Of a stretch of 64,000 nucleotides of DNA, positions 11,601 to 21,371 are shown one piece after another (position 1 is the first letter of the stretch; each line of letters begins with the position of its first letter). The DNA comes from a virus. Lineage: Duplodnaviria; Caudoviricetes. The DNA lies in the IMG/VR virus record IMGVR_UViG_3300033146_000447, positions 1,450 through 65,449 of that record; one strand, written 5' to 3'. The notes beneath the pieces were generated by a model. That model made no database searches and was not told where the DNA came from. It saw only the letters and a program-made list of their open reading frames with translations. A program made the position numbers and the translations under genes.

Positions 11601-13870
11601 GTTTACATGATAGTGATAAGTTTCAGAAACTAGATGACACTAAGAAAGAATACTTAGCATATCTATTAGACTTGTATGATAACTTAACAGAGCATCTTAA
11701 TGACCCATTTACTAATTTATACTATATGCCTGGCGTATCTACTCAATCTATAATAGGTAAAGAAGATAAGACTAAGCGTATAGGTAGAGATGTATCAGGA
11801 CAGCAAGTATTTGATTTAATGTTAAAGAATGCTAGAAAGATAGAGCAAAAACCATTAATACGATTGTTAGATAAATTAGATAGTGAAACTACTGTTCAAT
11901 ATGAAGAACGTATGAGAGAACATGTTGCTACTGCCTATGAGGTTACTATCGAAGGTGATTTAATGAAAGGTATTATCGCTCATAATAACGAACTACGTAA
12001 AGAGAATGATTCACATCATGCTGATTTAGTTAGTTACGATGGTGCTAAGACTATACCTGCATTTATTAAGAATACTCTAGAGCATCAAGCTAGGGTAGAA
12101 TCACAAGGAGAGGTTAGATTACTACTTGCTACTATAGGTAGACATACTATGCAACGTGAGCTTAGTAGATATGATAAACTTAAAAGTAGTGTATCTAAAA
12201 ACTTACAAGGTGAAGCATTAAACGATAAAATAAAAGGTATAGAATCTAGACTATACAAACGTATCCTTAAGGATTATGAAATGGTCTTAGGTGAGATGTT
12301 CTTAGATGAACGAGAGTATGACCATTTACTGCGTGGTATTCGTACTTATACATCACTTAAAGGAATTGGATTTAACGTGTTTAGTGCTGTAAAGAACGTT
12401 GCATATGGTAGCATTATGACAGCTATTGAAGCAGGAGGTAGACAGTTCTTCGATGTTAAGTATCTACGTAGAAGTAATGTAAAGTATGGTAATAACATAT
12501 CTAACTTCGTAAAGGATAGTAAACGAACAGATGGTAAAGCCGACACATTAATATCTGCTTTTGTTAATGTAGCAGATGTGGTTAATGTAGGTGATGAATT
12601 GGGAACTGATAACGTTGAACTTAATGATTACTTTGAAGGCGATGATATAGCTAAATCTAAGTTTATGTATAATAGATATATGCGTAAAGCTGTAACTATT
12701 GGATACATTGGTCAGCATATGGGAGAACACATGATGCAGAATAAGACATTATTGGCTATGAGTTTATCACATACTATAGTTGATGGGATGCTAATGTCTG
12801 AAAGTGACTTTATAGAAGGTAGAAAAGAGAAAGCTAAAGGAGTTTACAGTAAGGATAAGAAAGGTATAGCTACGCTTAAAGAGGTTAATACTAATAATAA
12901 GCGAATAGTAAAAGAAGCTAGAGCTGAGTTTCAAGACTTACCTAAAATTCAAGATATGCTTGAGCTAGAAGATGGGTATCTTAAAATTAAAGAGGATAGT
13001 CCATTAACATCTAATCTATTGGCTAGGTTCTTCGGTAAGGTTCAAGGTGTTAATCATAAGATACATGGTATCTATAACCCTTCGGATAAAGGTGCTGTTG
13101 AGAATAGCATGTTCGGTCAATTAGTAATGCAGTTTAGACACTGGGCTAGACCGGGTTGGGTTAAGCGTTTCGGTACTAGAGGGGGTTGGAATACTAAAGA
13201 GTTCTACAATGTTAGACGTGATGAGTATGATAAAGGAGATTACAAAGTAACTAGAGACTTCTTATTCAGTGCTATGAGTAAAGATGCTATTAAGCAGAAA
13301 TTGGATAAAGAGAGTTATGAATGGAAAGAAGCTATCGAAGCTGTATTAAGTAACTATGCTGATTACTTTAATAACGCAGGTGCTCATTGGTCTAACTTAA
13401 GTGAGCAAGATAAGGCATCGGTCATACGAGTATCAGGCGAGTTCTTATCTATAGCCTTAGCATTATTCTTACTCGCAGGTCTAAAGAAGCTAGGGGATGA
13501 TGATGATGAATTAAAGGATAATATATTTTATAACTTTATGATATATGAGGTAGATGCCGTAAGAAGTGAATTGATGGCGTATACACCTGTAGTTGGATGG
13601 CTTAATGAAGGGGCTAAAGTTATGGCTAATCCTTCTGCTACTTATGGTACTATTCAAGGCGGTGTCAAGCTAGGTACTGAGTTGGTAATGTATGTATTGA
13701 ATGAGGTTACGGGTAATTCAGAAGCTAATTACTTTAAAGGTGGCGGTTATAATAAACAGCTTAAACTAGGTGTTAGAATGCAACAGATGACCCCTGCTGC
13801 TAATCAATACTTTAGATGGGCAAATCTTAATGATAATAATAGATACTACAAGCTCTACAGTGTTAACTAG
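8630..13870 (+). CDS. Giant virion cargo/ejection protein
   Basis: 1746 aa, largely helical, with hydrophobic C-terminal segments (FLSIALALFLLAGL); follows the vRNAP as in crAss-like phages. Confidence 0.75.
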   Translation: MICKSSVKNGNDKPSNLFKRLSRIYDEKTALDTYYAVKDNTFSAAFGNWMYNAKHGNNSKAVDEQGEPIPFWISDSVVGHVGIVRLSTEPTEDTDSQVVFLYDKEFDNTNIQESYEVDSNDLVYADYLAPNSLVLNEEGEVVEVANEEGVKYKRPAPSKTARNTQFLERNFSKHLSEVLDKHPSKLPFVVDTTGNSPFTIKEGTVIINPAYILRDDTLTKYGTGIIDLLREVHTSDEFEDILTTGVEALFTSSFFRRVFNNIKTSNKQEMLEELLSIAINNTKTKLLFDSDVDYNAFAAWKNLTINRLYKSINKVGRGNDVSLIKIFEDEAAIKTLKLKLAAHEEGIDTQVSARATNSTVDYLTDKRTKLQALINEYDDSSKASVFTAATKKTYKALTKLLREYEISKDKSNLFEALMLTAESDASTIEQMNRLMLDLQTKFLHTPNNEFTDDMKRELADQLNNIRLFIASYDNVEMLTDYSKTLNNKDENDKKILSLIKEIKEMKAKALQIQSSYDALETKWIDTVLEVLRKRGVVIPQAKQFLDEMVDINWSMATFDGLMDSDNAFASLIKQNSDTRLREVNYKKGRLMVGFNDAIAKALGANYSNDASIALHKAITDDKGRLLQRYNQDYVDEYNTWLSLIHLSRDNAEVKAKTMDEFEQWKIDNLELEYTPEYYAIFNALKPELKDKVSELSARTKEITKYKGATYNNIDLTDKEKATIETIRKERKQLMDKYPEVAEYYKNVSNTFKQNTSSSFWLAYDKAKEQGIESENEFLVRNSEISDVLQDELNKAYKVLGTSMFRRSIKGEMKRRFGHMTDATGVFKANELSKAEIAEIGRWEQASQLYLDEETSAMVTEASTFNEQLAIIEAHGTSTATGSVPYHITKALAVIEDNTKTIESDYYTERYKEEEAKGEDNFREWFEANHYITRDGKKQALPIWTTQVAKTINHSTTKGKLNYQVNLEVNPKFVNKSYKGEDINNIPYPKDGLHDSDKFQKLDDTKKEYLAYLLDLYDNLTEHLNDPFTNLYYMPGVSTQSIIGKEDKTKRIGRDVSGQQVFDLMLKNARKIEQKPLIRLLDKLDSETTVQYEERMREHVATAYEVTIEGDLMKGIIAHNNELRKENDSHHADLVSYDGAKTIPAFIKNTLEHQARVESQGEVRLLLATIGRHTMQRELSRYDKLKSSVSKNLQGEALNDKIKGIESRLYKRILKDYEMVLGEMFLDEREYDHLLRGIRTYTSLKGIGFNVFSAVKNVAYGSIMTAIEAGGRQFFDVKYLRRSNVKYGNNISNFVKDSKRTDGKADTLISAFVNVADVVNVGDELGTDNVELNDYFEGDDIAKSKFMYNRYMRKAVTIGYIGQHMGEHMMQNKTLLAMSLSHTIVDGMLMSESDFIEGRKEKAKGVYSKDKKGIATLKEVNTNNKRIVKEARAEFQDLPKIQDMLELEDGYLKIKEDSPLTSNLLARFFGKVQGVNHKIHGIYNPSDKGAVENSMFGQLVMQFRHWARPGWVKRFGTRGGWNTKEFYNVRRDEYDKGDYKVTRDFLFSAMSKDAIKQKLDKESYEWKEAIEAVLSNYADYFNNAGAHWSNLSEQDKASVIRVSGEFLSIALALFLLAGLKKLGDDDDELKDNIFYNFMIYEVDAVRSELMAYTPVVGWLNEGAKVMANPSATYGTIQGGVKLGTELVMYVLNEVTGNSEANYFKGGGYNKQLKLGVRMQQMTPAANQYFRWANLNDNNRYYKLYSVN

Positions 13871-13887
13871 GGGTTGTGTTTAACGAT

Positions 13888-13930
13888 AAAAAAGAGACTA
13901 GAGCAATTACTTGTTCTAGTCTTCTTATTT
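13888..13930. terminator. Bidirectional intrinsic terminator at the convergent junction
   Basis: Stem AGACTAGAGCAA/TTGTTCTAGTCT flanked by an A-run on the left and a T-rich tail on the right. Confidence 0.7.
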
Positions 13931-13950
13931 GTGTATTTGAATGATTGCAT

Positions 13951-14027
13951 CTCTTCTGACGGGGAAGCTAGAGCCTATCAGACTTACTATAATTCTATTT
14001 GAATAGTCTAGCTTCCCCGTCATAGAG
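13951..14027. repeat. Inverted pair of the dispersed motif
   Basis: CTCTTCTGACGGGGAAGCTAGA (13951-13972) and TCTAGCTTCCCCGTCATAGAG (14007-14027); 16-bp perfect arms. Confidence 0.9.
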
Positions 14028-14075
14028 ATTCGATTATATTAGCTCTCAGCCACTTAGAGGTCATACGTATCAAAC

Positions 14076-14345
14076 TTATCGTGAAACACTACAATAAGCA
14101 TCACCTACTTTATCGGCTATATACGTATGTAAATCTCCTATGGTATCAAAATCAGGAGACCAACTCATATCCCCAAGTATAGGACTGTCTATATATGCTT
14201 TAAATATAACCTTATGCTCTTTAGTAGTACTATGTTTAGATAGATGTTCATCTAGTACTATATAATTATCAGGATATATCCTACATAATTCCTTAAATAC
14301 TCTAAACTTCGTTGGTTTATTAAACCATTTAACTCTTTTTCCCAT
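14076..14345 (-). CDS. Hypothetical protein
   Basis: 89-aa ORF, last gene of the minus-strand operon. Confidence 0.65.
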   Translation of the reverse strand: MGKRVKWFNKPTKFRVFKELCRIYPDNYIVLDEHLSKHSTTKEHKVIFKAYIDSPILGDMSWSPDFDTIGDLHTYIADKVGDAYCSVSR

Positions 14346-14348
14346 AAC

Positions 14349-15152
14349 CTACTTCTTATTTATTATACCTTCTTTAGTTAGTATTACTGCTAACTGGTCA
14401 GCTAAGTTATCAATACAGGCATTATTATGAATCACATACTTAAACTTATGATTATCTAAAGCAGTCTCAGAGATATGATTATCATGTTCACCCGCTTTAC
14501 GTTTAATACGAATTACAAAACCATCGGCTTTAGGTGTATCACCATCTGTAACTTCTGCCTCATTAGGGAACCTACAATCAGTTATAATCCAATTAGGGAG
14601 CGTTATCATACCGCCTCCGTATATACTACCAGTAGGTAGTGGTGCATTATCTACAATAGGTTTATAATCAATCATCAACCCATTTACCCAATAATCAGCA
14701 TGTACGATTCTACCTATATTAGTACCCACCATTTGCAGTAGTGTTCTAGGGGTATGCACCATCTTGTATGCAGTTTGCCGATTACTACGTTGCTCTTCTG
14801 CGTATTTCTCCTTAGAGCAGGTAGTGCTAACCATTAATCGCTCACCTTCTACATCTTCAAATCCTGTAGCATAGGCATATCTAGTCCACTTCTCACCTAA
14901 CTCTTTATTCTTAAACTCCTCATCTTCTAATAAGTCAGTACTGATATTGAGTATATCCGCAACATGTAGTTTAATCTTAGCGGCATATGATTTCTCTTCC
15001 CATCCCGTAAACCTTTCACGTCTAGCCTTATCATACGTTAGGAAAGTCTCTAATGAAACAGTACTTCCTCTATTTTTATGGATTAACCATTGGACTACCT
15101 TAGCAGCAGTATTCTTACCTGACTGCTTCTTACCCGACATTTGTATTATCAT
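14349..15152 (-). CDS. Deoxynucleoside monophosphate kinase (T4 gp1-like)
   Basis: P-loop SGKKQSGKNT, RTLLQMVGT, IITDCRFPNE, HISETALD. Confidence 0.85.
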   Translation of the reverse strand: MIIQMSGKKQSGKNTAAKVVQWLIHKNRGSTVSLETFLTYDKARRERFTGWEEKSYAAKIKLHVADILNISTDLLEDEEFKNKELGEKWTRYAYATGFEDVEGERLMVSTTCSKEKYAEEQRSNRQTAYKMVHTPRTLLQMVGTNIGRIVHADYWVNGLMIDYKPIVDNAPLPTGSIYGGGMITLPNWIITDCRFPNEAEVTDGDTPKADGFVIRIKRKAGEHDNHISETALDNHKFKYVIHNNACIDNLADQLAVILTKEGIINKK

Positions 15153-15154
15153 GA

Positions 15155-15322
15155 TTATTTATCTTTTTCTTTAAACATTTCAGTCTGAGAACTATCACAT
15201 GTAGCTGATTGCATTATCTTCTCAATCTTAGTTATAATCCTATCAGCCTTATTGTTACTTATACGTAGCTCATCCTTAAGCATTGCGTGTAACTCTACTC
15301 TTTCTGTGTATTCAATTTCCAT
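15155..15322 (-). CDS. Small hypothetical protein (55 aa, not in ORF track)
   Basis: ATG at 15322 reads MEIEYTERVELHAMLKDEL...EKDK to TAA at 15155; fills the operon gap. Confidence 0.6.
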   Translation of the reverse strand: MEIEYTERVELHAMLKDELRISNNKADRIITKIEKIMQSATCDSSQTEMFKEKDK

Positions 15323-15545
15323 GTTTCTTAGTTTTAGTTATTGATGTATCTTTAAGCATACCTTTTAATACCCCATCTGTATCACTTAAGAATACATCTG
15401 TGAGAATACCCTCTATATCATCAGCTAAGTTCATAGCTCCGTTAGTGAAAGTATCGTTAGTTAAAGGTCTAGGATTATCCATCACTAGTTCAACTCTAGT
15501 AGCTAACCACTCTTTTACGATTGTATTTATATCTTCTCTGTTCAT
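15312..15545 (-). CDS. Hypothetical protein
   Basis: 77-aa ORF in tight operon. Confidence 0.6.
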   Translation of the reverse strand: MNREDINTIVKEWLATRVELVMDNPRPLTNDTFTNGAMNLADDIEGILTDVFLSDTDGVLKGMLKDTSITKTKKHGN

Positions 15546-15577
15546 TACTTATCTTGGTTGTATCAAGCATAAAGAAA

Positions 15578-15952
15578 CTACTTGATGATTTTATCATTAT
15601 TATTAAACAAAGGAGTATCAAACAAAGGAGTATCAAACAAAGGGTCATGTATTAAACCAATAGATATCTCTCTAGGTATTTCTCTAGCATATTCACCCTT
15701 TCGTTTTAAATCAGCGATATATGAATCATTCGCTACATGTCTTCGTCTTACTTCCTCATCTATAGCCTGCTGGTCGGTCTCATCCACATTACCGAATGTA
15801 AACATTAGCCATGAATGGTCACCATTTACATCATTAGATACAGAACTATCCCCTTGTGAAGAACCTATCCATGCATGAACACCTAGTAAATCGGTGACTC
15901 CTAGTATTATAGGAATATCATACTTATAGGTCCGCATATCCTTATTACTCAT
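15578..15952 (-). CDS. Hypothetical protein
   Basis: 124 aa; overlapping start/stop with upstream gene; C-terminal PLFDT tandem repeat. Confidence 0.6.
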   Translation of the reverse strand: MSNKDMRTYKYDIPIILGVTDLLGVHAWIGSSQGDSSVSNDVNGDHSWLMFTFGNVDETDQQAIDEEVRRRHVANDSYIADLKRKGEYAREIPREISIGLIHDPLFDTPLFDTPLFNNNDKIIK

Positions 15953-16206
15953 ACCTCTTTACCTAAAAGTTCTTCTTCAAAGCTATCTATAACATCAGTG
16001 GCTAACTCTCTAGCTTTATCTTCATCGATGGTAATACCGTAAATACTATCATTGATTTCTAAGTAACCATCTACCTTACCTATTAAATCTTTTATATCAC
16101 CTTCTGTAGGTTCAACATCAGTCATTAGTAAATAGACTATTACTCTATACCCTTTCCATTGTATAAGGAACTCTCTCCCTCTTGTCATTATACTGAAATA
16201 ATTCAT
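15949..16206 (-). CDS. Hypothetical protein
   Basis: 85 aa, ATGA-coupled to neighbours. Confidence 0.65.
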   Translation of the reverse strand: MNYFSIMTRGREFLIQWKGYRVIVYLLMTDVEPTEGDIKDLIGKVDGYLEINDSIYGITIDEDKARELATDVIDSFEEELLGKEV

Positions 16207-16613
16207 TTTGTAATCTCTTTTAAAAGTTCTCCTTGTTTATCAAAATATCTAAAGGTTATAGTCAGTCCTATAATAGTTTGAACATCATCTTTATGCTTTC
16301 CTATATTGAACGTCATACCTTTACTGAAATATGACATCGCTGCCATCCTAGATACGTGAATATCTAATTCTATCTCACGTATTTCACCATTACTGAATTT
16401 AACATTAGCTGTCTTCTCTATGGTATTACCATACTTAGTACAACCACATCCTAAAATCTGTAATCCTGTTATGTTAGATGCTAGACCTTCCATAATGTTA
16501 CCGCAATGACACTTAAACTCGATACGTCTATTATGCTTATTATCGGTAGGTAAGTATCGGATAAACTCAAAGTCTAATCCGATACTTTCGCCTTTCTTAT
16601 ATCTGCGTGTCAT
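16203..16613 (-). CDS. Protein with N-terminal Zn-binding module like that of HNH/AP2 homing endonucleases
   Basis: FKCHCGN...GCGC; no HNH core visible. Confidence 0.5.
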   Translation of the reverse strand: MTRRYKKGESIGLDFEFIRYLPTDNKHNRRIEFKCHCGNIMEGLASNITGLQILGCGCTKYGNTIEKTANVKFSNGEIREIELDIHVSRMAAMSYFSKGMTFNIGKHKDDVQTIIGLTITFRYFDKQGELLKEITK

Positions 16614-17761
16614 TTCTTACCATAGTTATCTATAACCTGTTGCATGAAATTACCGCTAACATCTAGCAATTCTTTCTCACGCTCTAAAGGTTTAGATTGA
16701 GCTACTTTACTTATAGCCTGTGACATGTCATAAGCTGAATGATTACCTAATAATCCATCATCTTCCTTACCTCCTAATATAATAGCCATAACTTCTGCTA
16801 TCTCAGTATCTCTAACTTTGAACTTAGATAGTTGCTGTATATCACCATCATCTACTTTAATACTTGATAAGTCTGACATAGCTCGTATCTGAGTATCTAT
16901 ATTACCATCTGAGAATATAGTATCAGCAGCATCTAGTACATATCTAGTATTAACTTTAGCTTCTAAAGCTAGTGTCTCATTAGATAAGAAACCATAAGCA
17001 TTACTACGACCTGTTCTATGAATCTCACGCATTACGTGTTTAGTGGTCATACCATTACCGCATACTACTTTCATAGAGAACGGTCTTACATCTAAAGCGG
17101 CTAGTCCGAAACTACTGTTACGTATCTGTAAGCCAAACACCATGTTAACTAGTTTACCGTCTAAGTAGAAACTACGCATCTTATTACTAACTAACTCTAA
17201 GTATGAAGTTAAGCCGTTATATTGAGTGTTCAACATATAAGCTTTATCTTTATACTCAGTTAGTAAACCATGATACACATCTCCTGTAGAGTATCTATGA
17301 TAACTATCGGATACCATACCTCGAACTTCATCTCCTACGGCTCTTATTAAACCTTTATCACCTTTACGAGCATTCTTAGTGAATGAATTAAGAGTATAAG
17401 CTAATAGATTCTTAGCCCATTCAGAATTATCTCTTTGTAGTTTAGATATGAATCTACCATCTATTCCTAACTTAGCAGCACTTTGACTAATAGCATTCTT
17501 ATGCATACGTAATCCATCTTTATTAATAGATGAATTAATACTCATTTGCACTTCTTTACCTACATTAGTAAAACTTAATGAATCATATCTAGATATAAAA
17601 TCATTTAGATTATTTTCATCTTTCTCTAACGTAGCATATGCTAATGCGTTATTGTTACGTCTATTGCTTAAAGTATTAGTAAGTAGTTCTAAATCTCTAG
17701 ATACTAAATCACCATCTCCCGGATTCTGCAATACTATTGGTTGTGATTGAATGTTTATCAT
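16610..17761 (-). CDS. DUF932-like protein
   Basis: GLQIRNSSFG...KVVCGNGM...H motif. Confidence 0.6.
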   Translation of the reverse strand: MINIQSQPIVLQNPGDGDLVSRDLELLTNTLSNRRNNNALAYATLEKDENNLNDFISRYDSLSFTNVGKEVQMSINSSINKDGLRMHKNAISQSAAKLGIDGRFISKLQRDNSEWAKNLLAYTLNSFTKNARKGDKGLIRAVGDEVRGMVSDSYHRYSTGDVYHGLLTEYKDKAYMLNTQYNGLTSYLELVSNKMRSFYLDGKLVNMVFGLQIRNSSFGLAALDVRPFSMKVVCGNGMTTKHVMREIHRTGRSNAYGFLSNETLALEAKVNTRYVLDAADTIFSDGNIDTQIRAMSDLSSIKVDDGDIQQLSKFKVRDTEIAEVMAIILGGKEDDGLLGNHSAYDMSQAISKVAQSKPLEREKELLDVSGNFMQQVIDNYGKK

Positions 17762-18369
17762 TTCCTTAATACTTTAAGTCCCGTAGTTCTAATTACAACA
17801 GGACGATTAACAGTAAAATACTCAACAGATTCAATAGTATCAACTAGTGTCTGAGCATCATTAATTACAAATTGTAACTTAGCTACAATACTAGGTATAT
17901 CTAGTATAATCTTCTCATTACCTCCTATAATAGTTGGCACATCATCTACTAATATACTCTCTGATTCAGGTATAGCTTTAAGTTTAGTCTCTATTTCTTT
18001 ACGCATATCCTTAAACTTAGCAGTAACATTATTTAAGAAGTCCAATAAAGGATGATTACACTTAGTAAAATCATATGCTGTATGAACAGTAGCTTTACTT
18101 ATAGTAGAACCATCAATCTCTAACTTAGCTTGACTTAGTCTTGACGCTTCCTCATCAAATGCTTCTATTGCGAAGTTCTTATACTTTCCATCTTTCAACA
18201 CCTCAGCGAAAGCAGAACTTAACTTTACTAAACGTAAGTGTAAGTCTACTCTAACTGCTGTATCTTCAATAGAGGTTAAGTCTTCTACCATGTCGTTGAC
18301 TATATCCTTAGTCTTTATAACTTTAGATTCATCATTTTGTAACATTGGTAAATATTTAATTTGCTCCAT
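17758..18369 (-). CDS. Hypothetical protein
   Basis: 203-aa ORF coupled to neighbours. Confidence 0.7.
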   Translation of the reverse strand: MEQIKYLPMLQNDESKVIKTKDIVNDMVEDLTSIEDTAVRVDLHLRLVKLSSAFAEVLKDGKYKNFAIEAFDEEASRLSQAKLEIDGSTISKATVHTAYDFTKCNHPLLDFLNNVTAKFKDMRKEIETKLKAIPESESILVDDVPTIIGGNEKIILDIPSIVAKLQFVINDAQTLVDTIESVEYFTVNRPVVIRTTGLKVLRK

Positions 18370-18622
18370 TTCTCTCTTCTTTTAAATGATTTATTAATAA
18401 GGTTAATTGGTCTACTAGATACATTACATTTGTAGTAACTAGTCTATTAGAATCAATACCCATCTTAGTACATAGTCCACCGTCTATAGGTATGGTTAAT
18501 ATTAGCATTACAGTTGTACCGTCACTATTGACTTCTATGCTTTCTGTAAACTCTACAGGTTTCTCTAACATCTTATAGGTTTCAACCATTAAGGATGTTA
18601 ATTCTACCTTAGGATTATTCAT
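18356..18622 (-). CDS. Hypothetical protein
   Basis: Likely start at ATG 18622 (MNNPKV), overlapping the ligase stop. Confidence 0.6.
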   Translation of the reverse strand: MNNPKVELTSLMVETYKMLEKPVEFTESIEVNSDGTTVMLILTIPIDGGLCTKMGIDSNRLVTTNVMYLVDQLTLLINHLKEERNGAN

Positions 18623-19904
18623 AGTTCCTGAGCCACCCGTTAGCATGGAATGGTAGTTTGTTCTTAGTCTTCTCGTAATACTTAACTGTTACAGGATTAC
18701 CAATATGAGTATGCTTATTATCTAACATATCAGCTTTCTCGGTCTTATTATAACCTTTAGGGGTTACCTTAAATGTATTACCATCTTTAGTCTGACATAC
18801 AAATAAGCATGTAGGTCGCCCATCATCAGCTTTGTCTCTATCAGTAGGTATAACATCAACCAATTTATATTCTTCATCGAAAAACTTCTTTAATTTAAGC
18901 ATAGTCTTAGGTCTACTACCAAACTTATACTCAGCCTCATTATCTCTAATGATACCTCCTTCATAACCTTGTTCTAACCACATCTCTGTAAAAGTAGCAA
19001 AGTCTTTCTCAGTAGCATTAATCGTAATTAGATTATATATACCCGCCTTCTTATTAGGAGTTATATGAGGATTAACCTCTTCTCCTAATATAGTAAATCT
19101 CCTAAGATTACGTCTATGCTGATGTGAATCGGATATTGCTAAATCAAAGCATACAAACTCTAATCGTTCATGATTAGGATTCTTAGGATTCTTAGCAGCA
19201 CCTCCAATAGTAGTAACATGTTCATCTTTAATATAAATTTCACCATCGAATACAACATCTTTACAGCCAGTATCACCTTCAAATATAGCTTTAAACTGTT
19301 CTTCTAAATGAGATATTCTATAGATTAATCCTTCTTTAGATGATATTATTACTTGTTTACCATCATCAAACAATCCCCTATCAGATGTTACTCGATAGGA
19401 TATAAAAGCTCTAACTCCATTAATCTTAGGCTGACATGAACCATAAGGTATCTTATCAGATTTATATGGTTGAGCCTTCATAGGCTTACTAAAACCATTC
19501 TCATCTAATCTAACTTTAGGCAACAACACGTCTAATACAGCGTATAGACTAATATAACCTTCCGTATCATCCTTATAACTATACACTTCGATGTCACCTG
19601 TCTTATCTATTATTACGCCTAATGAATCTAATGATACATAACCCTCTTTTAGCTTATGTTTAGCTTTAGCTTTAGCTTCTTTAACGGCTTGACTATAAGC
19701 AGTAGTAGCATTACTCCTACCTATATTCTTACCTTCGCTTATAGTTGCTTTAATCTCTCTTTGTTTAGTATCAACACGCCCAAAATGGATAGTATTTATA
19801 CCTATTTGTCGCTCTCCTGATATATCAGCAGTTGACCTAATACACCACTGTACGATGTTTCCATGCATATCTCTAGCGTATAACTTATCACTTGTATAAC
19901 TCAT
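18615..19904 (-). CDS. ATP-dependent DNA ligase
   Basis: Motif I QPKINGVR, FDGEIY, FVCFDL, EGGIIR, LKLK; C-terminal OB-fold with VTVKY. Confidence 0.9.
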   Translation of the reverse strand: MSYTSDKLYARDMHGNIVQWCIRSTADISGERQIGINTIHFGRVDTKQREIKATISEGKNIGRSNATTAYSQAVKEAKAKAKHKLKEGYVSLDSLGVIIDKTGDIEVYSYKDDTEGYISLYAVLDVLLPKVRLDENGFSKPMKAQPYKSDKIPYGSCQPKINGVRAFISYRVTSDRGLFDDGKQVIISSKEGLIYRISHLEEQFKAIFEGDTGCKDVVFDGEIYIKDEHVTTIGGAAKNPKNPNHERLEFVCFDLAISDSHQHRRNLRRFTILGEEVNPHITPNKKAGIYNLITINATEKDFATFTEMWLEQGYEGGIIRDNEAEYKFGSRPKTMLKLKKFFDEEYKLVDVIPTDRDKADDGRPTCLFVCQTKDGNTFKVTPKGYNKTEKADMLDNKHTHIGNPVTVKYYEKTKNKLPFHANGWLRNYE

Positions 19905-19915
19905 ATAATTAGTTC

Positions 19916-19935
19916 TAGCTCCCCCGTCATAAGAG
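19916..19935 (+). repeat. Dispersed motif copy (intergenic)
   Basis: TAGCTCCCCCGTCATAAGAG. Confidence 0.9.
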
Positions 19936-19947
19936 AAGAATCATTCA

Positions 19948-20340
19948 TTACATCATATTAACCTGTTTACCCTTACTAGCTTCTTGCTTCTTCAACGCAC
20001 GCATAAACTCTGCTCGTTCTTCTTGCAATTCGTCATCTGTAGGTATATGATTAATATCTCTTTGCACCTTACCTTTACGGTTAGTTTTAGCTTTCTTGAC
20101 TACCGCTACGGGTTTTATGTCAAGTGATTCTATAGTAGTATTTAATGCTTCTATTTGAGCATTAGTAATACCTGTTATCTTTAATATCTCTAAATGATAA
20201 GTATAACCATACGAGCCTATAGCATACGTCCCTTTAGTTAACAGTTTTAAACAAAAGCTAATATAGTTATTCTTCTTAATATCATCTAGCTTATTAAACT
20301 TTGTTAGTATTATCTTCTTCTCTTTAGGACTTACTCTCAT
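19948..20340 (-). CDS. Hypothetical basic protein
   Basis: 130-aa ORF coupled to thyA. Confidence 0.65.
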   Translation of the reverse strand: MRVSPKEKKIILTKFNKLDDIKKNNYISFCLKLLTKGTYAIGSYGYTYHLEILKITGITNAQIEALNTTIESLDIKPVAVVKKAKTNRKGKVQRDINHIPTDDELQEERAEFMRALKKQEASKGKQVNMM

Positions 20341-21371
20341 ACTTCACACTTGTCGTCAAGTCCTACATTCAACTTACCTTTAACAAAGGCATGATGTTCA
20401 TAGTTATGTAACTTGACATGTTTGAAATCAAAGTTTAGCACATCTACATCGCCATCGAATGATATCTGTGGTAACTCAAATGAGTTACGTTCTAATATCT
20501 TCTCAACTTGTGGTATATGATTAACATAGATATGAGCATCTATAATATGATGATGTAAATGCTTAGGTATCATGTTAACTTTCCTAGCAACTAACTCTAA
20601 TAGCAGTGCATAAGAACTAATGTTAAAAGGTATCCCTAAGAATGAATCACCACTACGCTGAATCATAGTCATATCTAGATAGTACTTAGGTACATTATTG
20701 TTATCTAAGATAGAAACTATCTCACCCACTTCAATATCCTGAGATATATCTAAACCTGAATAAGTAATACGCTCACTAATAGACATAGGGAATGCATTAC
20801 ATGTAAACATCATATGACATGCACCTATAGCCTGTTCTTGTAAATCATCAGGATTCCATGCAGTTACTACATGATACCTAGAAAGAGGATTATCTTTAAG
20901 TCCTTCTATTAAGTTCTTAATTTGGTCAACCTTACCGTTAAAGCTACGCCATTGATGAGGATAAATCCTTCCTAATGAACCATAATCTTTCTTGATAAAG
21001 TCATCCTTCTCTAATAACTCAAAGAACAATTCTTGTGTCATTGTAGTATTATCAGGATAACCATTAAACTCTAACATACCGCGTCTTATAGTATCATTAG
21101 TTCTTTCTATGAACCAACGGTATAAGTCATCATTCCATATGTTAACATTATTCTCTAGTAACCAGTCTACTGATGGATTACCACTTAAAAACCATTGCAA
21201 TTCTTTTACTATAGAAGAGAAATAAGTCTTCTTTATAGTAACTATTGGAAAACCCTCACGTAAGTCATAACTACTTAAATGAGAGTGTACACCTATAACC
21301 TTACCTGTTCTAGTTTCTTTAACTCTACCTTTACTAAGTATAGTATGTAATAAGTGTTTATACTGTTTCAT
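20337..21371 (-). CDS. thyA: Thymidylate synthase
   Basis: RTG, ELQWFLSG, IWNDD, AWNP, ACH, QRSGDSFLGIPFN, DAHIYVNH. Confidence 0.95.
   Translation of the reverse strand: MKQYKHLLHTILSKGRVKETRTGKVIGVHSHLSSYDLREGFPIVTIKKTYFSSIVKELQWFLSGNPSVDWLLENNVNIWNDDLYRWFIERTNDTIRRGMLEFNGYPDNTTMTQELFFELLEKDDFIKKDYGSLGRIYPHQWRSFNGKVDQIKNLIEGLKDNPLSRYHVVTAWNPDDLQEQAIGACHMMFTCNAFPMSISERITYSGLDISQDIEVGEIVSILDNNNVPKYYLDMTMIQRSGDSFLGIPFNISSYALLLELVARKVNMIPKHLHHHIIDAHIYVNHIPQVEKILERNSFELPQISFDGDVDVLNFDFKHVKLHNYEHHAFVKGKLNVGLDDKCEV

Noticed and set aside
15604-15643. 15-bp tandem repeat AAACAAAGGAGTATC encoding PLFDT
   Set aside because: Short in-frame slippage duplication at a C-terminus; no sign of function
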